Source of the DNA: the human T2T-CHM13v2.0 reference genome, Homo sapiens
NCBI RefSeq assembly: GCF_009914755.1
Contig: NC_060925.1
Reading direction: 5' to 3' (one strand)
DNA length: 64,000 nt
The notes below the pieces were generated by a model that did not search any database, had not been told where the DNA came from, and was given only the letters and a program-made list of their open reading frames with translations. Shown here in pieces: positions 16,561-30,904 of this stretch. The first letter of the stretch is position 1. Every line of letters begins with the position of its first letter. Both the position numbers and the translations under genes were made by a program.

Positions 16561-16561
16561 A

Positions 16562-16888
<327 letters not shown>

Positions 16889-17221
16889 GAAAGAACTGAT
16901 TTTTTAAATACACGTTATTTGAATTTTTCACAACTACATATTACTATGTATTATCTCCCTCCCTCCCTTCCGTCCTTCCTTTTTTGCAAAACCAATGCAA
17001 TCACTCTTGGGGTCTCGGGGGCAATGGGATCACGTCAGGCTCAGGCGCTCCCCTGGGCGCACGCTGGGTGAACAAGCCGCCTCCGGGCGAGGGTGGAGCT
17101 CCAGCGGGGAGGCTCTGGGCGCAGGAGGCTTACCAAGAGGAGTCCGCGGCAGCCCGGGCCTGCCCCGCGGGCTGCTCTGGGCTACTGGGATCTCACCCCG
17201 CGCTCGGCGAGGCGGGCCCGC

Positions 17222-17236
17222 GGCGCCCTCTGCAGG
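17222..17236 (-). promoter_or_regulatory. CTCF-like motif 1
   Basis: Minus strand CCTGCAGAGGGCGCC matches the CTCF core CCnnnAGRGGGCGC. Confidence 0.65.
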
Positions 17237-17456
17237 GAAGCGGGTGGCGCACGCATGCTGGGCGCTCCAGTATTTGTGGCGGGGTGGGCTTCTGGTTAGG
17301 GTAACATCTGCATCTCCGCTTCACAGCGTACAAGGTGCCTTCCACTTTGCGCTGGCTCTCCCGCGACCCTGGGATGCCTTCTGTCCTCCACCGGAGAGGA
17401 CGCTGAGAATCGCCGTTCCTGGCGGAGGGCTAGAACTCACCAGCGCCCGGCTCCAT

Positions 17457-17471
17457 AGCGCCCTCTGCCGG
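17457..17471 (-). promoter_or_regulatory. CTCF-like motif 2
   Basis: Minus strand CCGGCAGAGGGCGCT, same orientation as motif 1. Confidence 0.65.
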
Positions 17472-17637
17472 GGCCGAGGGGCGGGGCACGCGGGCGGCCG
17501 AGCGGGCGGGCAGGGAGGGCCTCAGATCCCCCTATCCCCGCGGGAGGGGCTGCCAGCCTGGGTCAGCCACGCGTGGCTTCCTGAGACTGGGTTATGGCTA
17601 TTTCCCACCTCCTTGCCTCTCCCTCCTTATTTCCCTC

Positions 17638-17641
<4 letters not shown>

Positions 17642-17668
<27 letters not shown>
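17642..17668. repeat. (TG)n microsatellite
   Basis: About 13 TG units at the edge of the CpG island. Confidence 0.95.
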
Positions 17669-18152
17669 TTCTAAAGCAAAAACAATTTTTTTTTCTATTC
17701 TCCAAAGTAATGCGTATTCATTATAAAAAAATTTTTTTGGGGGGGTAGAAAACACAGCATAAAAAAGAAAATGAAATACCTTTAATCTCATCATTCAGAG
17801 ATAAACACATGTTTAGGGTATTTTCTCCTAGTGTCTTTTTCTATACACAATTATATATCATGGTAAGTATATATTTAAACCAACCAGGCAATGCTGTCGA
17901 GGAGTCAGGCCCCGTGTCGAACTGGCGCCGTTGAAGAGAACACAGAACGGCCAAATGGCAGGGAGTAGGGGCTCCCTGGCCTTAAAAACGGGGCCTTGCT
18001 GCTTCTTGGTTTGATAAACTGCTCTGGTTCCCAAGAAAGCTTGTCTTTTCCTCCTCAGCTGTTGGCTGGGGGTAAGTAGGTGGCGGTGGTCAGTGGGTCC
18101 CGGGAGGAAGAAAACTTGGTCTCAAAGTTCACTTTCATAACTAGAAGGCTCG

Positions 18153-18541
<389 letters not shown>

Positions 18542-18952
18542 TCACTGACTACATGCCTCCCTCCTAGGCTGTGAGTTCCCGACTGGGGGAACAGTCTGGG
18601 CCTTTGCACCTTTTTCCTTCACCTGGCAGAGTGCTGAAGTCTCTTTGGTCACTGTCTTTGTCTTTTTTTTCCTCCACACAAACACTCTTTCATATAGTCA
18701 TGTTTCTGATTTGCCAATGTCACCCCAGATAAGCACACAAGCTAAATGAAAACAATGTGTTTGCTTTGCACATGCAGTGTCAAAACAATGCACCCCCATT
18801 CCTTCCAGCTAGATTGGGCCCCCTAAGTGACACTCTTCCTTATGGAAATTCTGAACCTGCCCCTCTCTGCAGGATGTGGTTAGAGTTTGGATTACAGTCA
18901 TTGATTTGGGAGTGGTGTATCTACTTCACTGTTTACATGTAGCATCCTAGGC

Positions 18953-19047
18953 TCTGCTTCTATCTCTCTCTCGCTCTCTCTCTTTCTCTTTCTCTCTCTG
19001 TCTCTTTCTCTTTCTCTCTCTCTCTCTCTCCCCTTCTTTTCTCCCTG
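18953..19047. repeat. (TC)n / polypyrimidine tract
   Basis: About 95 nt of almost pure C/T on the plus strand. Confidence 0.9.
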
Positions 19048-19305
19048 TCTGGTCATCTGCAGCCTGATAGAGGCTGAGGCAGAGAGAAGAGCCTGTAGGA
19101 AAAAAACCATCTTTGGTGGTGATGATGATGTGGTGTGTGGAGATACAAAGTCAAATTCTCCAATCTTTCTATCCCCATGAAATGAAGTCTCTAGTGAGAT
19201 CAACATTGCTCAGCAATGCTTAGTAGAGTATATTTTCCTGTGTGGAAGCATGAGGAAGGGGTGCATTCCCCTTCTGCTTGGTAAAAATAAAGGCATCAGG
19301 AAGTA

Positions 19306-19385
19306 TTGGGTTGGTGTAAACGTAATTGCAGTTTTTGCCATTAAAAGTAGTGACCAAAACCGCAATTAATTTTACACCAACCTAA
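19306..19385. mobile_element. MADE1 (80-bp Hsmar1-derived MITE)
   Basis: 80-bp imperfect palindrome TTGGGTTGGTGTAAA...TTTACACCAACCTAA flanked by TA on both sides. Confidence 0.92.
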
Positions 19386-20498
19386 TACAAGCCAGCACCT
19401 GGGTGACACTGGTAAGACTGGTGGACCATGCCTGGTCTGGCCAGTTTGCGTTTTTAATAGAGTCAGCGAGTGGGGTAGAAAGTCTGCAGTATTCAGTTAA
19501 AGGCCCAAGTTCTTCTTAGTCTACTTATTAGCTATGTGCTTCTGAGTAAATTACCTAACCTCGCTTAAGCTTAGTTTGCTCATCCCAAAAGGAAATAAAA
19601 ATATTACCTGACAGTTATGTTTCCTGATTGCTGTGGGATTCAAATGAGCTAGAAGGAGGGAAGTTGTTGTCTTGAAGCAGCATTAGTAGATTTTCTAAAC
19701 TTGGTAGCATTACACCTCCTTACATTTGATTCTCCCAAGCCTGCTGGGTAGCTTGATGGAGGAAACATGACAGAACCTGACTGCACGTAGTGGCAGTAAC
19801 TCACACTTGCCCAGATTTTGAACTGGAATCATCTTTATTGCAGTTGAAAAACTAGGCTTAGAGAGTTTGAACAACTTGCCCAAAGGAACATATCTTGGCC
19901 ATGAAAGGGCCAGTACCAGAATGTAGCACCTAAGACTTTTAGATGGTACTTCCACCATCTCCAGTAGAAGATGGGAAAGGAGTGTTCCTTGGGATTGCCC
20001 AGGGCATGACTGTCCCCTTGCAAGGGACACAGAGAAATGGGTGGAAGATGTCAGATTCTTAAGTGTTCACTAGTGGGAGGGTGAGCCCATTATTCTCTAT
20101 GCACTTAGAATCTTTTTCTCTTTAATAATGTTCTTCACATGCCATAACAAAGCTGAATATGCACTTAGAAGTCTTCTGAAAATTTTATAGAGTGAAATTT
20201 CAAAATAGACAACTTAATAGGCTGCTTTAATGTTAAATGAGTCACTTAAGATACAAGTTTTCTCTACATTTCTCAGAACTGGTGGGATGATTATCTCTAT
20301 CAGGGACTGTTTAGAGAGAGATACTCTGACCTGAACCGCTGTAACTATTAATTGACCAGTTTGATGCGCAACACTTTCTGGTGCAGCTTTATTTACCAGT
20401 TTCAAAGACTAAGCTCTGAGCTGAGTGGGGACACAGAAGCAGCTGGGTACTTATACTTGACCCCATAGAAGATGGTTATCTAATTCTGACCTGGCTAA

Positions 20499-20858
<360 letters not shown>

Positions 20859-22167
20859 CACATCTTGCCTTATTCTTATTTGTGCATTTTTTGGCTGTTT
20901 AAAAAGTATACACTCAAACATAAGAGAATTGCAACCCTCTTGTTACCCTAATTTGGCCATGTTATCCTAAAGGGCAAGGGCAGAGTCACCCCTTCTAGGA
21001 TCAAACTGGACTGCAAGGACACCTATCCTCTGCCCCCACCCCCCCACACCCAAATTTCTCTTGGGATACACAATGAGTAAAGAAAGATAGGCCCTCCAAG
21101 CTTGAAAATAAGAAGCAGGAACATTTAGAGATGACTTTTGAGGACAGGATAAGGTGAAATACCTCACCTAAAGTCAGAACTTTCACATTAGGATTTATTC
21201 GTCTCTTTTGCCCAGGTGCAGAGGATGATAAACAGCTTTCTCACTGCCCGTGCTAAGTGCTCATTGTGTTCAGGGGTGAGTCTTGCAGTCTGTGGCTCCT
21301 GTGACTGTGAGCACCGCTCAAGGACCAGTTTGGACACCCAGCCACCGGGAATAGAGCTCAAGCCACCATGCAGTTAATCGCTGTAGCTGAACCAATGTGT
21401 CCAGACAAAATGAACTATCTAAGATGATGTTCATGTGCACACAGGCACACACCATGCTGTCCCTGAGGGATAACCCTTTTGCTGTAGGCTTCTTTGAGAA
21501 CCCCTTTTCCGAGCTACCTTTCTCACTGCAGTTGGTGACAGTGGGGGCACAAGGACATCATGCACATGATCCTGTCCTCAGGGAGAGAAGAAAATGAGGC
21601 TCCTAGAGCAAGCCCCGCCAAACTGAGCCAGTGCTAGCTCCGTTTACCCAGATATTAAGTTAAGCCAATTATATAGTACAATAATTCATCTTTTGAAAAT
21701 TCACTCTCAGCCTTTGGGGAGCTGTGAATAGGATTTCTGCAAAGGTTGTTGTTTAAGGAGAGAGCCTTCTTCTCTCCAGTACATATGAGCAGAGCAAAAG
21801 ATAGGTAGGGCCTGGAGGCAGCATTTTCAGAGCTTCTACTATCTCTCCTGCCATCAGCACTACTGCCCCCATTCCCCTCACTTTCCTTTGTAGTTTATTA
21901 GGGAAAAAAGGGGTTTCTCAGAAGGTGGACGTACATGCACAGGCAGCTTCCAGAAAGTACTCAATGCAACCCTAATATTCTGATTTGGGGTACCTCATTT
22001 CTGACCACCCTCCCCCAGCCAGGGTCAGGCAGCAATGGGTTAAGCTAACTATTTTCTGCAGGAATTCCAGGAGAAACACTTTAGACAACTCCTTCCAAAC
22101 CTCAATGAGAAGAATATCCTGTGACTTCAATGCGGAAGTGATCAATTTCAACCTGCAGGTAAAAAGC

Positions 22168-22498
22168 TGCTATGGTTTGAATGTGTCCGCTAAAAGTTTT
22201 GTGTTGGAAACCTAATCCCTCTGTTCTCATAAATTGATTAATGGTGGCTCCGCTCTCATGAATGAATGGATGTCACCATCGTGGCTTTTTTTGTGAAAGC
22301 AAGCTGTGGCTTTCTTGCTCTCTTGCCATGTCATGCCCTCTGCTATGTTATGATGCCGCAGGAAGGTCCTCACGGATGCCAGTGCCATACTCTTGGACTT
22401 CCCAGTTTCCAGAACTGTGAGCTAAATATACTTTCTTTCCTTCATAAATTACCCAGTCTGTGGTATTCTGTTATAGCAACAGAAAACGGACTAAAACA
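22168..22498 (+). mobile_element. MST-type MaLR solo LTR
   Basis: TGCTATGGTTTGAATGTG...AACGGACTAAAACA termini; degenerate 5-bp TSD AAAGC/AGAGC. Confidence 0.85.
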
Positions 22499-24964
22499 AG
22501 AGCCATCCAGTTTGGAGAAAGCCAACACCAGCAATCCATCAGTAGCCTGTGATCCAGGGATATGCGGGATGTAGAGTTACTTCATTGCCATTACCATGGT
22601 CTCTGAGGTGGTGAGTTCTGAGCTCCTACAGCACTGCTGCAGTGGGTCATTTCTGTTTCTTGTTTTTTGTTTTTATTTAGTGGGTCATTTCTTGATAGCA
22701 GTCTTGCATCTCAGGTGAGTGTTTTTTTCCTCCAGTCCTCACATGGCGATGTTTATGTGCACAGCACACATCCTCCATGCTAATAGTTAAACCATACCTA
22801 TCTCTCTCAAAAAAACACAACAACAACAACAACGAATAAACTGCAATCGTGTGGGAATAACAGTAAGGATACGATTGAATTGGGCCTAAATTACGTTAGA
22901 AAAACAATGCATTCACAAGCATTAATACTGTATCGTAGTTAATTTCCTGCCACATAGCTGTGGGTGAGAACCACTGGCCTGGTCCATGGGATTGGGTTTC
23001 TGCTCAGATGCTGTGAGGACTAGAACCTGAACATCACCTGAATTCCTGACCACTTCCATTGCCAACTCCATCTCCTGGTGGAATGAACCCTTTGCCTTGT
23101 ATTTCCAAATGCAGGTTGGCATCCTACACTGCAGATTGGGTGGGCCACATTGCCAATGCACTTTCAGCCATTTGTTACAGACCTCAAAGCAAATGCAATG
23201 AAAATTTCATATTTCAAAGTCCATTTAACTTATAATTAAAGAGCTTCACCTAACCTCCAATTGGAAGTGATTAATTTGGAATGTAATGGCATCCTAAATG
23301 ACAAATATTAAGCCAATAATCTAATTCTATAAACACCTTCCAAACAATAAATATGTTCAATTAAAATGATACGTTCATGGAAAGATGTTGGTATTAGGTA
23401 GAACCTATCTGTGTGAAAGGACATTTTTAAGGACAAAATATGTAAAATCTCATTGCAAGTTGACATTAACCAATTAAGATTTGCAATTAATTTTGATGGT
23501 AGAGAAAAGTAACTTTAAAACTGATTACTGCTATTTTGTTATGAATTTCATCAATAAGAAAATTGTGGAAATTTGTTTTCTCTCTTATTATGTAAGTAAC
23601 TACATTAATATTCTCGATTTTACCTCTCGGTTAGCAAAGCTTAAAATATTTATTATCTGGCTCTTGAGAGAAAAAGCTTGCTAACCCAGCTGTAGTCTAA
23701 TGTATCCTATGTACCTGGAACTGTGTCTAACATATAGTAGACACTCTGTCAACATTTATTGTATGACTCTGTTCTGAAATAAATAATAAAAGAGACTAAA
23801 CATTAGGAATCAGAATGCTTCTTTAACAATTTTAAGTAAATGATATTCTTCTTGTAACAATTTTTCAAGAGGTCTAGAGTTGTAATCTAAACACTGTCAG
23901 TGGCACTAGGGTTCACTTTATATATTTTATTATTTTAAGACATAATCAGTTGGACATAAATCATAAATAACAGCTTTTCAGAAAAACAAGCCAAGTATAT
24001 TTAATGTATACATTGAGCATAAAACATATTCCAGTTTCATAAACTTTAAAATGTTAAAATATTCACACACACACACACATATATATATATATTAGTGTGT
24101 GTATATGTATGTATGTATATACATGAACAAAAAATTAGGAAGTCAGATGATATTTCACATGTTCCCTGCAGTTTGGGAATAACCTTTAAGTCCAGGTAAA
24201 ATAACTATCCCCGAGTCATCTAAGGACAGGAGCTGCAGTGTCAGGAGAATAAGAGTTTGTCTTGTCTCTTATCTAAGCCAAGGAAGAGGCTGTATATTCG
24301 ATGTGATCGGAGTCCCCTCCACTTCCCAGAACTTGGCTGGGGAGGACGTACTTATTAATAAATAAGTATATTATATATTATGTTAGAAATGATCATTACA
24401 ATAGGAAAAAAGATAAAGCAGAGAAAGGTAAAGGGATATCAGGAATGTCAGGGGTCGGGGGGTTGGTTTGCAATTTGAAGTAGGGTGGTCAGGATAGGCC
24501 TCATTGAAAAGTAGTAAAGACTTGAAGTAGAAAAAATATAAATGGCTAGTGAAAATGTGAAAAAAAATCTTCAAGTTCAGTAGTAAAAGAAAAAAAAAGA
24601 CAAGAAGAACAAGAGAATATTTTATTTATAAAACCAGCAAAGGTAACAGCATAAAAAATACCCAATAGTTCTATCGTGTAGTGCTAGTGGAAATGTGAAT
24701 TAATAAACATTCTTTCTGAGGATCATTTGACAAAACATAACAAAAGCCTTAAAAATATGCGTATTTCTTGGTTTAACAATTCCAATTTCAGGAATTTATC
24801 CTAATCAAATAAATAAGCAAGTATGCAAAGATATATTCTTTAAAAATCTTTATTGTCTAACTAGGAAAAATTAAACAATTATTAACCATTCATGCAGTGG
24901 CCCACCAAGCAACAACTAATAATGATGTAGATCTATATGTATTGACCTAAAAGATCCCCACTAA

Positions 24965-24967
<3 letters not shown>

Positions 24968-24999
<32 letters not shown>
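24968..24999. repeat. (TG)n microsatellite
   Basis: About 16 TG units. Confidence 0.95.
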
Positions 25000-25001
<2 letters not shown>

Positions 25002-25612
25002 AAACCCCCTGGAAACTCTCTGGATACTTGCAGGGTGATTTGCCTATATTTTTAAAGTTTTCTTCATGGAATATGGAAATACCATGGGTCGAAAGCAAAT
25101 GCCATTTGGGGATAAGACTGCCATGCAAAGGACCTTGGACTTCCTGCAGGAGAGAAGAGGGTCATTGCTAGGAGACTCCCCTCATGGTGTCCATGAACAT
25201 GGAGCCCTGACACCATGTTGTTTCTGAAAATGAGCCAACGTTGACATGGTCCTGGCCCACTGGGTGTTGTTCACTCTGTTGATTACTTTTGGAAATTACT
25301 TTAGGTAAATGCCATGCTTGACAGTTGGTTTTTAATTTTAAACACAAGCTGCCATTGATTTGCTTTGATTATTCCACGATTTCAATCACTTTCCCAAAAC
25401 TTTGTCTTCCTTAATTTTCCTGTATCAACCAGATGAAGGTGTTCACAGAGGGATACTCAGAACAGTGTATTAACAATAGCTCTGTCTACGAGTTGGCCGT
25501 TAGACACACTTATAAGGGATGCTGATGTTCCAGGGAAGGATCCTGTGCTAACTGATAGGTGCCAAGCGTTCTGGTTTTCACTCTGCCTTACTGGGCCTCT
25601 CAAGTTCACAAG

Positions 25613-26069
25613 TGTTCTCAGAACAAATCCTTCAAGAGCCAATCCTTCAAGATGGATCCCAAGTACCTAACTGGGCCAAAATTTTAAAGAGAGCCAAGTG
25701 GCCAGGCCATTTGCTGACTAGAACTCATATACTCGGAGTTTCCCTGGAAACCCCCAACCTCAGTTTAACAGTGGGGCTTTCAGAGCTCACCTAAAGCAGC
25801 CAATCAGAGCTCATCTGAAAGAACCAATTAGGGCTCAGTTCTAACCACTAATCAGAATGCAGCTGCATCAACCAAACAGAACTAAGCAAATTTAAAGCCT
25901 TCATTTTCATAAAATGGACCTGATTGGCAACCTGAGCATGAACTTTTACTATAAAACCAGGATCCTCCCTTTGTTCTCTGGAAAGTAACTGGTTTACACA
26001 GAAAGTTTGTGAACTGTTCCTGAATGAAGTCTTTCTTCCAAATTTCTTTTCAGAGAACTTTTGTTCACA
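25613..26069 (+). mobile_element. Solo LTR (LTR47-like) with CCAAT-type repeats and a TATA box
   Basis: Repeated CCAATCAG-like units at 25800-25880, CTATAAAA near 25949, ends TTGTTCACA. Family and 5' boundary uncertain. Confidence 0.55.
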
Positions 26070-26206
26070 GATCCATGCCAGGGCAGCTATGCTTTTATTC
26101 GATTCACCCAATGGGGCACATGCCAGCTAAATTAGGCCCCTCCCCCGAAATCTAGCCCAAGATAATGAAATGTGGAGATTAACTTAAAATTAATTATGGG
26201 GCGGGG

Positions 26207-26522
26207 GCAGGTGTGGTGGCTCACACCTGTAATCCCAGCACTTTGTGGGATCCCAAAGGAGCCCAAGGCAAGCAGATTGCTTGAGCCCAGGAGCTTGAGA
26301 CCAGCTTGAGCAACATAGTGAAACCCCCTCTCTACAAAGAATTTTTAAAAATTAGTTGGGCATAGTGGTTTGCGCCAGTGATCCCACTGGGGTGGTCCCA
26401 GGAAGCTGAGGTGGGAGGATCTCTTGAACCTGGGCTGGTTGAGGTTGCAGTGAGCCAAGATGGCACCACTGCACTACAGCTTGAGTGACAGAATGAGACC
26501 ATGTCTCAAAACTAAAAATAAA
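26207..26522 (+). mobile_element. AluJ-like
   Basis: Diverged Alu dimer; flanking AAAATTAATTATGGGG duplication. Confidence 0.9.
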
Positions 26523-26781
26523 ATTAATTATGGGGGTAAAGATATCATCATATCAAACAGTAAACTCCATGAAAAGACTGAAATCAACCTGCTCCCCTGG
26601 CAAAACTCTAAATGACAGGCAGGAATAGTGGCGCGGTTTGTATTTTGTGAGCTCTGTCCTTTCTACTTCAAAAAGGATTTCCAGTGACAATAGATATGAC
26701 TTAAAATACCAAAAGGATCAATATTCTAGAGAGTTGGCACATGAAATAGAGAGGGCTGACTTAAGAGGGCTGATTCTCGCT

Positions 26782-27337
26782 CCCTAATTAGTCCACACCC
26801 TTTGAGTGGGCCAATAGAATACAGCAAAGGTGATGGAATGGACGTGGTTATGTATGTGATGGACATGTCCATGATTGCCTGCACGGGATTGCATACATGA
26901 GATGGTAGGATGTGTCTTGTTGGAGTCTCTTGTTGCTGGCTTTGGCAAAGGAAGCAGAAATGCATGGACCACCTCTGTGGACATAGTCAAGTGGCAAGGA
27001 ATTGCAGGTGACCTCTAGGATCTGAGGGCAGCTCCCCCACCCCGCCCCACAGCATAGCTAGAAATAAACTGAAGCCCTCCATTCTACAGCTGCAAAGAAC
27101 CGAATTTTGCAAACAACCTAGGTGAGCTTGGAAGCAGGGTCTTTCCCACGGAGCCTCAGTGGAGACCACAGCCTGGGCTGACATCTTGATTGAAGCCTTG
27201 TGAGATCCCCCCAAGCAGGGGACCCAGGTAAGCTGTGTACAGGCTGCTGACCCACAGGAACTGTGAAATAATAATGTGTTATTATAAGCCTCCAAGTTTG
27301 TGGTAACTTGTTAATGTTGCAATAGAAAAGGAATATA
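26782..27337 (+). mobile_element. MLT1-type MaLR LTR
   Basis: 3' end AAGCCTCCAAGTTTGTGGTAACTTGTTAATG..GCAATAGAAAA and internal GGCAAGGAATTGCAGG motifs typical of MLT1. Confidence 0.75.
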
Positions 27338-27700
27338 GTGAGCTATGGGGAAATGAAAGCTCCAGAAAAGGTATAGGTGCATTGAGATAAACAGATGGTT
27401 AATTAAGTCAACATCACTGTGCTATAGGGAAACACAGTTTTGATTTTATCTTGGGGTCTTTGACTTTCTTCTCTGTGTTCACATAGCATTTTTTAACATG
27501 CTACTTCTCACATGGTAACTATTTTAGTGTCTGTTTCACCAAACTAAGTTTCTTAATAATAGCAACCTTAGCATGGAAAAGAGGATGGAATTTAATGACA
27601 ACAAAAAAAGTATTCCTATAAGTACTACTAGAAAATAAGTTGCTTTGGCTTAATGGAACTAAAGTGTTTTCCCTTTAAATATTCTTTCTGGGTCCACTCG

Positions 27701-27998
27701 TAGAGCTGTGAAGTCCATTACGAAAGCCTACGTACCTGCGGCTATTGAGGCCTTGAAATGTGGCTGGTCTGAACTGAGATGTGCTGTAAGTATAAAATAT
27801 ACACTGGATTTCAAAGATTGAGTATGAAAAAAATGTAAAATCAGTTGGTAATTTTACATTGATTATAGTTTGAAATGATAATAGTTTAGATAGATTGGGT
27901 TAGATAAAACCTATTATTAAAATGAATTCCACCTGTGTAATTTTACCTTTTTTAACATGGCTCATAAAAAGTGGAAACTTACCTATGTTGACAGTGTT
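27701..27998. mobile_element. hAT DNA transposon fossil (MER33/MER3-like)
   Basis: TTGAAATGTGGCTGGTCTGAACTGAGATGTGCTGTAAGTATAAAATATACACTGGATTTCAAAGA motif. Confidence 0.7.
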
Positions 27999-30009
27999 GC
28001 GTGTCTAACAACAGGTGATCTAAATGGTCGGGTCCTGGCTGAGCCACAACTACAGTCACTTGGGCATTGGGACCCAGCATTTTCCATGGCAGGTCACCAT
28101 CATGCCAGAAGAGCTGTTTCTGAAGCGAAGAAGCATCAATTCAATACAAATCCAGCAACAGCTGTCCATTCAACATCCCAACCTACATTTTTCTCTCTCA
28201 ACCTTACATATGTTCTACCATGGTTTAGGTGGATACCAGAGTCCTGATCTTTCAGGTGTATTTCTGATCTTAAATATCAATTTTGCCCTATCATTCTGAT
28301 GAAATACACATCTGATGAAATTTTTGAATAAGAACATATATGCTTACTTTTCTATGTCGTAGAGCATATTGGGTTTTTAATAATCTATAAATGAGTTAAT
28401 TCTATTTTTTCTCTCTTTTTAGCTCCAGGCATTTTTTTAAAGTTTTAATTTTAAAAAGGCACAGAGAAACCTAGATTTTGGAGGCCCAATTCATATTGCA
28501 TTTCTTGCAGAAAGCCTTTTTATACTAGTATAACCAGGAGATATTACACTCAAGCTGCTGTGAACAATTAACTTTCTGGCAGGTTACACATGACCATTAT
28601 CACCGTCCTCTAAGGACCATAATGTCAAAAACAGTGGACTTCGGCTGCCAGCAGAAACTTGTTCTAGATATAACAGCTGCCCAGCACTACCGATTATGAG
28701 ACACACCAATCAGAGCGTGGTTACTAAACAGCTGGGTACTGCTGGTGGTCTCTCCCCAGGCTCTCCAGGGAGCACTACAGGACTTCCCCACAGGCCCACA
28801 TTCACCCAACATGGCCTTGAGCTGCCGAGGGACACCACCAATGATGGCAGTACAGACTCATCATTAGGAGTTTGCCAGGGGCCAGTTTTAGTTCTTCTCT
28901 TCCTAGGATAATTCACCCATTATCTAGAACTAACCTGATTAAAATAATGCTAGTGCCTCTGTCCATTTTCTTGATATTAATAATGGTAGGGATGAATAAA
29001 CCTTCATGTCAATTAAATGTAGAAAACAGAAATGAATTCTTCCTGAGGTCCAGCTTAGTCATGTGTATGACAGTAAAAGATTTGCCTTCTAATAAGGGCA
29101 ATATATTGAGTCCTACAATGTATCTCAACTCTGAAACTAATTTTCAATTAGGATATACTTCCCAATTTCCTGAAAAGCATGCATATGTCAGAAAGGTTCC
29201 CAGTATAAAAGTGTATTTTCCCAGATGGCTCATGATGGACCACATGCTCAGCTTGGAGAGAAAGAGGAAATTTACAAAAGCATAAAACGTGGTTCTGTTT
29301 TTCTCAGGGACCTTAGTTAAGGCAGAAAAATAAACTCATACAGCAACTGCAAATGAAAGAACTTCGTACCCACACACCCAAACACCAGGATTGGTGCATT
29401 AGTCTCCTAAGAGCCCTTCTTGCCCCCAGATCTGTTTCCCTTAGGTCATTCTCAGAACTGCCAAGTGAATTATTATTTAAAGTGTGAGTCATCTTTTTAC
29501 TCCTCTGTATTACATCCTTCAGTGTTTCCAGGAAATGCCTTCAGGATAATGCCCAAGCTCCCCTTGAGGGATCAGATTCCAGACTATCTTGCTGGTCTGG
29601 TGTCTGGTCCCCTGCTTTGCCTTTTATGCTACCCAAAACCCCACTGTGAGTGGTGCCCTGGACATATCCCTCCTGGTTCACTCCTACTTATCCTTTAAGA
29701 TACAGCTCAGGACACAAAACCATCCTCCCACTCTCATGAGGTACTGAGGAGTTCCCCTCTGCTGCACTCTCTCCAGGGAGATATCCACTCAAGATACAAT
29801 CAATTACCTGGGTGTCTCCTTTTATACTGAGTTCATGAGGGCTCGGGACACAGCAGGTACTCAATAAATATTGGTTAAATTAACTTAGGAAATGCAGAGG
29901 AACCCTCCTTAAAGTTACTAATGACCACAATACTGCCAGCGTTTTTCTATATATTGTTTTCTTTATAACATTTGAACTTCCTTGGAATTCTCTCCTTCCT
30001 AAGGGTGGC

Positions 30010-30583
<574 letters not shown>

Positions 30584-30904
30584 CACATTTGATTTTTGAA
30601 TGCCAGTGATACCCAAGTCTCTACCTTCTGCTTCTCATTCTACCATCTGTCTCTTTTTTGTGACCTCATGTATGCCCCTAGCTTCAACAGCCACTTATGT
30701 ATTGGCTCTCAGATCTCAATATCTATCCCAGACCTCTCTGTTGAGCTCCAAACTTATATATCCAATTGCCAACAGTAGGCATTCACATGGGTAGGCACTG
30801 CATACCTACCTGAGGAACCCTAATAAAAACCCAAGTTCATCCACACGAACTTGAATGGCTCAGAGACCCTTAAATTCAATATGTCCAGAACAATTCATTA
30901 TCCC

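Larger units (their letters stand above)
17020..17600. promoter_or_regulatory. CpG island / promoter-like or insulator element
   Basis: Abrupt GC- and CpG-rich non-repeat segment; GC box GGGGCGGGGC at 17478-17487; two CTCF-like motifs. Confidence 0.85.

Noticed and set aside
16995-17726. 243-aa ORF over the CpG island
   Set aside because: Stop-poor GC-rich sequence, low-complexity G/R/A/P composition, runs through a (TG)n repeat, and has no recognisable domain.
28696-29285. Overlapping 68-137 aa ORFs in repeat-poor sequence
   Set aside because: No recognisable homology, ORFs on both strands, and the longest lacks an ATG start; coding cannot be supported without conservation or ribosome data.
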